Assembly: GCA_965112735.1 (NCBI GenBank) | Contig: OZ218958.1 | Location: 2,294,001-2,358,000, forward strand | DNA from: Phaeosaccion multiseriatum | Taxonomy: Eukaryota > Protista > Ochrophyta, other classes | DNA length: 64,000 nucleotides | Direction: 5' to 3' | Shown: positions 11,449 to 23,258 of the stretch, in pieces | Layout: every line of letters starts with the position of its first letter | How positions within the stretch are numbered: position 1 is the stretch's first letter | Notes under the pieces: model-generated | Told to the model about the DNA's origin: nothing | Seen by the model: the letters and a program-made list of their open reading frames with translations, nothing else | Databases searched by the model: none | Program-made: the position numbers and the translations under genes

Positions 11449-14400
11449 ATGCCACCGAAGCCTAAGAAAGGGAAGGATGCCAAGAAGGGCAAAGGGGGAG
11501 CTGGAGAGGAGGAGGAGGAGGAGGAGCTCGTTCCTCTCCCGCCCGAGCCCGAAGCAGGCGCGCCTTTTACTCTCCGGGTGGAGATTGAAGTGCGACTCCT
11601 AGGCGCTGCGACTGCTGCTGCTAATGCTGATGCTACGATTAACGACAATGCTGCTGATGCTGCGGACGTGGAACAGGGCGACGGGGGTGGGGTGAAGAAG
11701 ACAAAGGCCGAGGCGGCACTGGTGAAGCCCAACTTTCGATACACCTTCATCAACCAAGACCGCATCGTCACTCCCAGCGTGGGCAAGGGAGAGGAAGGCA
11801 ACCGGTGGGAGAGACAGGCTGAGAGGCCGCAGACTCGAAGACGAAGTAACAGCATGGCCATGTCGAGACCAGGCACCCCGGCGGAGGTGGAATGTCCATC
11901 TGCTTCTGCCGGTGCGGGAGGGGGCGAGGACGGCGAGGAGGTGGACCAGGCAGCCCTCGATGCGGCCAACCCTCCCGTGTGGAGATACACCCGCAGACAC
12001 CGCTTGCTAGGGGACGACGAGGAAGCCATCGCTCTGGCGCTGAACGAGGCCCCTCTCATGGCGTTTACACTTGCTGACAAGTCTGCCAGCCGAGCTACAG
12101 CCGAGCCTGAGGGGCCGGGCTTGGGTGCGGCTCTGGCAGCCGCAGCGGCTGAAGCAGCAGAGCAAGGCCAGGCTGCTGCTGCTGCTGGGCCGGCAGGAGG
12201 AGCGGGGGGGGGCAAGAAGGGGGGTAAGAAAGGTGCCGGTGCTGTAGGTGCTGGTGCGGCGGCTGCTGTCAATGCATCCGATGCCACAGGGGCAGAGGCG
12301 GCTCGTGGCGGGGGCACGATTGTCGGGCGGAACTTCCTCCACTCTTGGCTCTTCGACCTCAGCGGCTTCCTCGTAGGGGAGCGGGTTCTGGCCGTAGAGC
12401 GGGGCAGCATCGATGCAGGACGGGGGGGGGGCATACAGGGGCGGGGCACGAGATCAGAGGAGGAGGCAGCAGCAGCGGCAGCGGCAGCAGCGGCGGCAGG
12501 GGAGGACGCGCCCCCCCTGGATATAGACCTCCCCGGTGGGCTCAGCTACCTCAAAATCTCAGTCTCATACGACCGCGACTTGCCCGAGACAGAGGAGGGC
12601 GCGGTGGATGGTGCGGCGGCGGTGGCAGGAGTGCGAACAGGAGCGGGAGCAGGAACAGGAGCTGCGGTGGTGGACGAATGGGGCAAGAAGGCTGGGGTGG
12701 AGATAGAGGACAGCGGAGGGGGAGGAGGAGGCATGTGCTGCATGTTCTCCCCGGCCCTGCAGCTCAAGCTCAACCCCCTGTCTATCAATTTACACAAGGT
12801 AACACTGGGATGGCAGCGGATGGGGGCGGGGGGAGGGATGGCAGTTGATGGCCATAGATGGGGGGGATGGAGTGGGGTGTGACCCTGTCCATCAATATAT
12901 ACAGTGTAGCGTAGGAATAGTAGCGGATGGAGGTGGTAACCTCATTGCGCAGCGACGATCAAGGTAATCCCTCCTCCTCCTCCTCCTCCTCCTCCTCCTC
13001 CTCCTCCTCCTCCTCCTCCTCCTCCTCCTCCTCCTCCTCCTCCTCCTCCTCCTCCTCCTCCTCCTCCTCCTCCTCCTCCTCCTCCTCCTCCTCCTCCTCC
13101 TCCTCCTCCTCCTCCTCCTCCTCCTCCTCCTCCTCCTCCTCCTCCTCCTCCTCCTCCTCCTCCTCCTCCTCCTCCTCCTCCTCCTCCTCCTCCTCCTCCT
13201 CCTCCTCCTCCTCCTCCTCCTCCTCCTCCTCCTCCTCCTCCTCCTCCTCCTCCTCCTCCTCCTCCTCCTCCTCCTCCTCCTCCTCCTCCTCCTCCTCCTC
13301 CTCCTCCTCCTCCTCCTCCTCCTCCTCCTCCTCCTCCTCCTCCTCCTCCTCCTCCTCCTCCTCCTCCTCCTCCTCCTCCTAGGTGGTGGGCCTGCCAGGC
13401 ATCGTGACGGACAGTCCGAGCCTGCAGCACTACTTAGGGCCGAGCAAGTTCTCGCTATTGGAGCGCTATTGCAAACCCGTCTACGCCGTGTGTCGACCCT
13501 TCTCCCCTACAGACGGACTCTACCCCGCCCCTTCCCCCATCACTTCCGCCCCCGCCAACATCGGTACCAACAGCATCACCACCAGCAGCACTACCAGTCT
13601 ATCGAGCAGCCTCAACAAGGAGGAGGGAGGGGGAGAGGATGCAAGTGGTCTGGGAGCCGCCGACTCTACCCCTTCACTATCCCTCTCTTCGCTTCCGCCC
13701 CCCCGTCCTCCCCGAGTGATGTTCACCCCCTTGCACCGGCAAGGCGCGGCGTGCAAGTGGAGACACGTGTCAGCGTTCGTCACGTACGGCATGGATCGGC
13801 ATCGTCTGGAGGAGTGGGTGGTGAGTGAGTGAGTGAGTGAGTAGGGGATGGCAATGGATGGAGGAATGGCCGTGAGTGAGTTAGTGATGGTGGTGGATAG
13901 GGAGGGGTGTATTTGACTCGAGGAGTGGATGGTGAGCGAGTGAGGGAGTGAGTGAGTGAGTGGGTGAGTGAGTGAGTGAGGCAGTGAGTGGTTGAGTGAG
14001 TGAGTGAGGCAGTGAGTGGTTGAGTGAGTGAGTGAGTGAGTGAGTGAGTGAGTGAGTGAGTGAGTGAGTGAGTGAGTGAGTGAGTGATCGAGTGAGTGAG
14101 TGAGTGAGTGAGTGAGTGGGTGAGTGATTGAGTGGTTGAGTGAGTGAGTGAGTGAGTGATCGAGTGAGTGAGTGAGTTGGTGAGTGAGTGAGAGAGTAAG
14201 GCGTTGAGTGGTTGAGTGAGTGAGTGAGTGAGTGAGTGAGTGAGTGAGTGAGTGAGTGAGTGAGTGAGTGAGTGAGTCAGGGAGTGAGTGAGTGAGTGAG
14301 AGAGTAAGTGAGTGAGTGAGTGAGGGAGTAAGTGAGAGAGTGAGTGGTTGAGTGAGTGAGTATGCGAGTGAGTGAGTGAGTGTGTGAGTGAGTGAGTGAG

Positions 14401-17153
14401 TGAGTGAGTGAGTGAGTGAGTGAGTGAGTGAGTGAGTGAGTGAGTGAGTGAGTGAGTGAGTGAGTGAGTGGGTGCGTGAGTGAGTGAGTGGGTGAGAGAG
14501 TGAGTGGGTGAGTGAGTGAGTGGGTAGCTGAGTGGGGGATGGCAGTGGATGAGAATACAGAGGCACTGACTCATCACCACCACCACCACCACCACCACCA
14601 CCACCCCCCCATCCACTGCCATCCTTCAGGAAAACTCGAAGCTGGAGGTGGAGATTCACGACAGGCATGCTTGCCTCACTCCGGCGGAGCAAGCGCTGAG
14701 GGTACAGTCATGGGAACGCTTGCTGGTGGGGGGGTATCCTGAGGATCAGTTACAGCAGCCGCGGCCCACCGGGGTAGGAGGAGGAGGAGGAGATGGAGGG
14801 GCGGGGGGGGGACGTGAGGTGCAGAGCAGTAGCAGCAAGAGCAGCCTCGGTAGCGGCAGCGGCAGCGGCAGTAGCAGTAGCAGGCCAGGTACTTCCTCTA
14901 CGGAGGGAGGGAGAGGCCGAGGAGGAGGAGGAGGAGGAGGAGGAGGAGGAGGAGGAGGAGGAGGAGGAGGAGGAGGAGGAGGAGGAGGAGGAGGAGGAGG
15001 AGGAGGAGGAGGAGGAGGAGGAGGAGGAGGAGGAGGAGGAGGAGGAGGAGGAGAGGAAGGAGAGACGGAGGATGGCGCCGCTGCCCCCCCCGAGAAGGAG
15101 GAGGTGCGGTACACGCTGCCCCTTCCGCTGTCAGCGGTGGATGCATTGATGCTGCAGCAGCTGGTGCAGGACTTCGCCACTGGTGTGTGAGGACAGAGAG
15201 TGGGCAGGAGGGTGGAGGTGTCGAGCCAGAAGGGGGGGGGGGTTGTCAGGATGCCCATCCACCCTTATCTATCCATCCACTGCCATCCATCCACCGATAT
15301 CCCTCCATCCATCCACTGCCATCTATCCGCCCTTATCCATCCATCCACCCCTATCCAGCCATCCACTGCCACCCATCCACTGATGCCGCATCCACTGCCA
15401 TCCATCCACTGATGACCCATCCACTGCCATCCCATCCATTGCCATCCCCATCCAATGCCATCCCCATCCATCCATAACAACCACCTCAAAAACAGCCGGA
15501 GCGGAAACAGCCCACGGTGTAGCAACCTTTGAACTTCGGGACCTGCTGAGCCCCTCCGAGCAACTCGTAGAGTCATACAAGAGCCTGGCAGAGACGCAGC
15601 ACAAGGAGCGAGAGATTGCTAGAAAGACGCTTGAGGCCTCACGCACACAGCGCAAGAACAAGCTCTGCAAGAGGGGTGGGAGGGGCACACCAGGGAGTGC
15701 GGGTGGAGAGGGAGGAGGGGGAGGAAGGGGAGGAGGGAGCGGGGGTGGGAGTGGCGGGGGGAGTGGGGGGGGGAGGGCGATTTGGAGGAGGAAGGGGTCG
15801 GTGTATCTGAATATGCACCACGAGGAACAGAGGGACGTGCACCCTTGGTTTAAGTTTAGTGCCACCGTATGTCAGAGCAAGCGGAGGGAGGTGAGTGAGT
15901 TGGTGATACAGAGGGAGAAAGGGAGGGAGGGAGGGAGGGAGGGAGGGAGGGGGAGGGGAAGGGAAGGGGGGAGGGGGAAGGGAGGGGAGGGGAGGAGGAA
16001 GAGGGGGGGAAGGAGAGGAGGAGGGGAGGGGAAGGGAGGGGAGGGGAGGAGAAAGGGGAGGGGAAGGGGAGGGAAAGGGGAGGAGTGGGGAGGGGGAAGG
16101 AAGCGGAGGGGAAGGGGAGGGGAGGGGAGGAGGAAGGGGAGGGGAAGGGGAGGGAAAGGGGAGGGAAAGGGGAGGGGAAAGCAAGCAAATGGGAAAGGAG
16201 GAAAGGAGGGGAAGGCCCACTCGCAGGCACACGCCTCTCAGGAGAAGGGAGGAGAAGAGACAAAGATGGCCTCACTCTGCTTTGATGATGCACCTCACTT
16301 TTTGTCTTCATCCTCTCACCTCCGCCCCTCTCCCATCCCCCTCCCCCCGCCCTGCTCACCCCATCCACTGCCATCTCCCCCCCCCCTCCCTCTTCCCACC
16401 CCTAAGGTCCCTCGGGGAGGCATCGAGGAATGGCATTTGGACGAAGGAGAGCGCATGGTAAGTGTCTCTCTCTCTGTGTGTGCGTGTGTGTGTGCGTGTG
16501 TGTACGTGTGTGTGCGTGCGCGTGTGTGTGTGCGCGCTTCCTTGCATGTGTGTATGCATACGATGTGTGCGTGTGCGCGTTTCTCTCTCCTTCTGTGTGT
16601 GTGTGTGTGTGCGCGTTTCTCTCTCCCTCTGTGTGTGTGCATGTGTGTGCGTGTGCGCGTTTCTCTCTCCCTCTGTGTGTGTGTGCGTGTGCGCGTTTCT
16701 CTCTCCCTCTGTGTGTGTGTGTGCGTATGCGCGTTTCTCTCTCCCTCTGTGTGTGTGTGTGCGTGCGCGCGTTTCTCTCTCCCTTTGTTTGTGTGTGTGC
16801 GCGTGCTCCCTTGACCTCCCCCCCCCCTCCCCCTCTGACCCCCTCCCAGGTGCGTCGACCGGGCGCATACGTAGATACAGGTGCCTCTCTTACCGTCAGC
16901 GCCGCACTGCATCGGCCGCTGAGATCCCTCACTGAGCACGGCGTGGAGGGTGTGTGTGAGGCCGACAAAGCGCTGTTGAGGCCCTACACGAGGGTTGCCT
17001 TCGTGTTTGAGTATGGCAACTCGGTGCTGCTGAGGAGTATTTTGCAGGTAGGTGGTGGTGGTGGTGGTGGTGGTGGTGGAGAAGGAGGAGGAGGAGGAGG
17101 AGGAGGAGTAGTAGTAGTAGTAGTAGTAGTAGTAGGAGTAGGAGTAGTAGTAG

Positions 17154-17207
<54 letters not shown>

Positions 17208-17740
17208 GAGGAGGAGGGGGGGGAGGGGGAGGGGGAGGAGGAGGAGGAGGAGGAGGAGGAGAAGGAGGAGGAGGAGGAGGAGGAGGGGGAGGAGGAGGAG
17301 GAGGAAGGGTACCCTGACTACCCGTATGCCCTCTACAACTGACTTTGCCCCACCCATTCCCCCCTCCTCATCATCTGCCATCCGCTGCCACCCCCCCCTG
17401 CCCTCCATCCCCTGAAGGTGCTTGACCGACTGAACAGCGCCGCTCTGCCCGACATCAAGGGCAGCCTGCGCAGGTAAGACGAAAGGGCACTTCCATGCAA
17501 CGACAGAGCAGTTCCATGCAGTGGCAGTCTCACTTCCGTGCAGTACCATAACAGTTTCAGTTCAATAGACCGACCTTCAGTAGCACAATGAGCTGGAACT
17601 GCAAACTGCGCAACCCTCCTTCCTGTCGGCCCAAATTACTCGGCAGGTCCCCTCATAGCCACCCCCCCCCGTCGCCATCCACTGCCATCCCTTCCTTCCC
17701 TCCCTCCTACTCTCTCCGTCTCTCTCTCTCTCTCCGTCTG

Positions 17741-17798
<58 letters not shown>

Positions 17799-20700
17799 TC
17801 TCTCTCTGTGTCTCCCCCCCACCCTCCCACCCAACTCTGTACCACCAACACGCCCACTCCAGCTACGCCCTGAGCCCTGAGGAGAAGGAGGCTGCCAACA
17901 CATGCCTCGACGTGGTGTGCGGCTTTACCGTCATGGATATGGACTGTCGCATGGTGGTGAGTGAGTGAGTGAGTGAGTGAGTGAGTGAGTGAGTGGGTGA
18001 GTGAGTGAGTGAATGAGTGAGTGAGTGAGTGAGTGAGTGAGTGAATGAGTGAGTGAGTGAGTGAGTGAGTGAGTGAGTGAGGGAGTGAGGGAGTGAGGGA
18101 ATAAGTGAGGGAGTGAGTGAGTGAGTGAGTGAGTGAGTGAGTGAGTGAGTGAGTGAGTGAGTGAGTGAATGAGTGAGTGTGTGAGTGAGTGAGTGAGTGA
18201 GTGAGTGAGTGAGGGAGTGAGGGAGTGAAGGAATGAGTGAGGGAGTGAGTGAGTGAGTGAGTGAGTGAGTGGGTGAGTGAGTAAGTGAATGAGTGAATGA
18301 CTGACTGACTGAGTGAGTGAGTCAGTGAGTCAGTGAGTCAGTGAGTCAGTGAGTGAGTGCCAGTCATTCAGTGACTTACGCTCATTGGGTTAAAGTCCCC
18401 TACGACCTAAAACAAAGTAAGCGTCCTTCATTGACTTACGTCCCTACACATCACCATCACCTTCATTGACTTCAGGTGCTGGAGGGCCTGGCGGGGCCGG
18501 GGAGGGCGATGGAGCAAGTCGTCACGGAGTTGGGTAGGGAGGGACCCAACAGTGGGGCCTACAGGGTACTCGCCAACCCGGAGGTAAGGCAGGAAAGTAG
18601 ACAGAGATTAGAGCACTGAGGAACACTTAGGAGCACACTTGAATCAATCACCACTGTCCTTGTTGCTCGACCTCATTGACTTTCATTGATTATCGTTAGC
18701 TCTCATTAACTCTTATTGATTATTACTAACTTTCATTGGCCCTCATTAACTCTCATTAACTCTCATTAACTCTTATTGACTCTCATTACCTCTCATTGAT
18801 TTCAATGACTCTCACTGACTTCAATGACTCTCACTGACTCCCAGGAACTCTCATTGACTTCCAGTGACTCTCATTAACACTCGTTAACGCTCATTAACTC
18901 TCATTTACTCTCAGTGACTCTCACTATCCCTCCTTGACTTTCATTGACTCGTACCAAGTCTCAAAAACTCTCATTGACTCTCATTAACACCCATTAACTC
19001 TCATGGACTCTCAAAGGCTCTAGCTCAGCTCACGTCCCCTCACTTCTCCTCCCTCCATTGAATCGATTGACATTGACAGGTAACTAAACTTGAGCTTTCT
19101 CTCCCCCTCTCTCTCTGTGGAGTGAGAATCGATATCAATCTCGATACGATCCATGTTGGTTGTGTGACTCTGCTGGTTTTGCTAAGTGCTTACGTAATCT
19201 CACGCATTGCCCAGGTGCGCTTCACCAAGCGGCTGTACACGGACTTCAACGTCGACCTCAAGAAGATTCGCTTCAGAGGTACGGCAGTTGGTGATACAGA
19301 GGGAGGGAGAGAGAAAGAAGCGAGGTAGAAGGAGACTCATACTCTACTCCACCTGTCTCCCCCTCCACCTTACTACTCCACCTGTCCCCCCCTCCCCCTT
19401 ACTACTACAACTACTACTACCCCTCTAACCCTTCTTGCCCCTTCTTTCCCCGCCCCCCCCTCCTCCTCCTCCTCCTCCTCCTCCTCCTCCTCCTCCTCCT
19501 CCTCCTCCTCCTCCTCCTCCTCCTCCTCCTCCTCCTCCTCCTCCTCCTCCTCCTCCTCCTCCTCCTCCTCCTCCTCCTCCTCCTCCTCCTCCTCCTCCTC
19601 CTCCTCCTCCTCCTCCTCCTCCTCCTCCTCCTCCTCCTCCTCCTCCTCCTCCTCCTCCTCCTCCTCCTCCTCCTCCTCCTCCTCCGCAGACGTGCTACCA
19701 CGCCTCTGCGAGACCCCGGAGCTGTACAATCGTTCTGTGGTGAGCATGGAATGCTTCTCAGCCCTTCAGAACCTCAGGCAGCTCCGAAGGGCCTCCAGAC
19801 TCAGAGAGGCCGCACACCAGGCAAGGCAATGAGTCCGCGGGGGGCGGGCGGGATGACAGTGGATGGCAGTGGATGGGAGGGTGGGGAAGCGTAAAGTTTC
19901 ATGTTTACAATAGTTTGTCAATCCAGAAAAGGACGAGGTCCGTCCTCCACAATCAATCACAATTGACAACAAAATGAATCTGACAACAACCACACCACAC
20001 AACCAACACACACACTTCCTTCCCCTCTCAGGCGCTGTTCCCCCCCGCGGCTGCTCTGGTGGATGTGGAAAGCAAGTACGGGGAGTCCCTCTCCGTGGAG
20101 GACATGTTGGGCTACGATCCCAAGAAGGACAAGATGGCAGCGGATGGCAATAGAGAGGAGGCAAAGGAGGACGCCTCCATCTCCTCGGGAGGGGGGCTGC
20201 AGGTGTGTGAGGAGGAGCGGTGGATGGCAGTGGATGGCGGAGGGGAGGATGAGAGAAGCTTCATCGCAATCTTCGCTGAAATGACCTCTTCCTCCCTCCC
20301 TCCCTCCCTCCCTCCCTCCCTCCCTCCCTCCCTCCCTCCCTCAGGGCCAGTCTCTGTCCGGCTCCACCCCCGTGCGAAGGAAGGGTCCCACAGACAGCAC
20401 CAATGCCTCCTTCGAGGCTTCTCTGAAAGAGAGGGAGGGAATGCCTTCAAGGGACTTTATTGATGAGCGGAGAGGACTCAATGAGGAGGTGCGCACATGT
20501 ACGCCACAGCAGTTGGTGATACAGCACTGCCACAGCAGTTGGTGATACACCCACCCACTGATACACCCACCCACTGTCCTGACACCCTTCGTCATGCCCC
20601 TCCCCCCCTCATCCCCCCCTCCTTCACCCTTGGCATGCCCCTCTCCTACCCCCCCCCCTCCTGAAAGGCTCGATTGGTGTACGAAGGTAAGCGCCTGACC

Positions 20701-21805
20701 AAGCAGAACGAGCTCTCACAGGAGACGGTGTGCACGTCCTTCTGCTACGGCCCGCAGCGGCTCAACTACGTGGAGCTCAAGAAGGCGGAGATGAGAGACA
20801 GGCTCGTCAAGAGCAAGAACTGCACATACACTTACAGGTGAGGGGAGGGGGGATGGCAATGGATGGGTGAGGGGATGGGGATGGCAATGGATGGGTGAGG
20901 GGATGGGGATGGATGGATGGCAATGGATGGGTGAGGGTATGGGGGTGGCAATGGATGGGTGAGGGGATGGGGATGGCAATGGATGGCAGTGAACGAACAT
21001 CTCAGCGGAGGTGACTGAGTGCGGTGTGGTCCTACTTGTAGCTGTGGGCAAGTCCAGCCCCACGCAAGCAGATGGGCCCTTTCGCTTCTCCCTCCCTCAC
21101 ATCCATCCAATGCCACCCCCCCCCCCTCCCCATCCACTGCCATCTTCCCTCCCCATCCACTGCCATCTTCCCACCTACCCCATCCACTGCCATCTTCCCC
21201 TCCCCATCCACTACCATCTTCTCCCCCCCCACCATCTACTGCCATCTATCTCCCTACGTCCCTCAGCATGGACTTCGTGAGCCAAACAGTGCCCGTGGTG
21301 GACGAGTTCCGCATCGAGAGAGACGCAGCAGACGCCAGCAGGGCCAAGTGGATGACCAGCAGGGTAAGTTGCAGTTGAAGTTGCAGTTGCAGTTGCAGTT
21401 GCAGTTGCAGTTGCAGTTGCAGTTGCAGTTTCAGTTTCAGACTATGAACCTCCATCGAACCAATATCGACACATTAGTGAGTGCCATTGAGGGAGGCAAT
21501 GCGTGATTAAGTGCGTGCGTGAGTGAGTGTGTGAGTAACAAATCCCCCCCTCCCCTCCCCTCCCCTCCCAGGGTTTCGTATGGCCGGCCCCCAAGGTCCC
21601 TCAGGACTATATCACTCATCCCTCCAAGCTCTCTCAAAGTCGTGTGGACATGCTCTCTGAGGAGTGGAAGGAGAACGAACTTCATCCTCCGGCGGTGGCC
21701 AGCAGCGGGGACGACCTGCCTACGGGACAGGTGCGTGTGTGTGTGTGCGTGTGTGTGTGTGCGTGTGTGTGTGTGCGTGTGTGTGTGTGCGTGTGTGTGT
21801 GTGCG

Positions 21806-21842
<37 letters not shown>

Positions 21843-23212
21843 ATGTGTGTGTATGTGTGTGTATGTGTGTGTATGTGTGTGTATGTGTGCGTGTGTGTGT
21901 GCACGTGTGTGTACGTGTGTGGGTGCATGTGTGCGTGTGGGTGCTATGTCTTTGTGCGCACAACAACAAACCCCAAACCCATCCCCCCACCCCCACCCAC
22001 CCCTGTATCACCAACAGGTCCCCTTCGACACCGTGCCCACCAACGGAGGCATGTACTTCGGAGGCCTCCTCCCAGCCACATACACCCGCCCAATGGATAC
22101 CCTCCGTATCGGAGGGCGAAACGGTCGACTTCCCCGAGGCAAACAACACCCGCGCCGACAGGACAAGAGCTTCACTCGCAGCGTGCACCTGGTGGGAGAG
22201 AGCTTGGCCAGAGAGCAGAGGGAGAGCCGCAGAAGGGAGGAGGAGCTGGCAGCGAGCAGGGTGCGTGGTGGTGGAGGGTGGAGGTGTATGGGTCAAAGGG
22301 TCAGGGAGGTGTATGGGTCAAAGGGTCAGGGAGGTGTATGGGTCAGGGAGGTGTATGGGTCAGGCAGGTGTATGCGTCAAAGGGTCAGGCAGGTGTATGG
22401 GTCAAAGGGTCAGGGAGGTGTATGGGTCAGGGAGGTGTATGGGTCAAAGGGTCAGGCAGGTGTATGGGTCAAAGGGTCAGGGAGGTGTATGGGTCAAAGG
22501 GTCAGGCAGGTGTATGGGTCAGGCAGGTGTATGGGTCAAAGGGTCAGGGAGGCGTATGGGTCAAAGGGTCAGGGAGGTGTATGGGTCAGGGAGGTGTATG
22601 GGTCAATGGGTCAGGCAGGTGTATGGGTCAGGGAGGTGTATGGGTCAGGGAGGTGTATGGGTCAAAGGGTCAGGCAGGTGTATGCGTCAAAGGGTCAGGC
22701 AGGTGTATGGGTCAAAGGGTCAGGCAGGTGTATGGGTCAGGGAGGTGTATGGGTCAGGCAGGTGTATGGGTCAAAGGGTCAGGCAGGTGTATGGGTCAGG
22801 CAGGTGTATGGGTCAAAGGGTCAGGCAGGTGTATGGGTAAAAGGGTCAGGGAGGTGTATGGGTCAGGCAGGTGTATGGGTCAAAGGGTCAGGCAGGTGTA
22901 TGGGTCAAAGGGTCAGGCAGGTGTATGGGTAAAAGGGTCAGACGGGTGTGCGAGGTGACGGATGTGCATCAGCCCCCTTGAGGGCGCTGAATGGCAAAGC
23001 ATCACATGTCTAGAGAGTCTCCCCGACATCGACATTGGATATTGACCTCCTCGATATTGCCCCTTCTACCTCTATAATTGCCCCATATACCTCCACATGC
23101 AGGTGGTGGTGGACGATCTGGCCTTCCATGTGGGCGGTTTCACAATGGGAGACAGGGCCTTCCCTGCAGACAGGGCAAAGGACATTCTCCGGGGACCCAT
23201 CAAGAAGGTCAG

Positions 23213-23258
<46 letters not shown>

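Noticed and set aside
21519-22958. Repetitive GRCMGQ/VWVKGS ORFs of ~400-480 aa
   Set aside because: They are an intronic minisatellite open in several frames.
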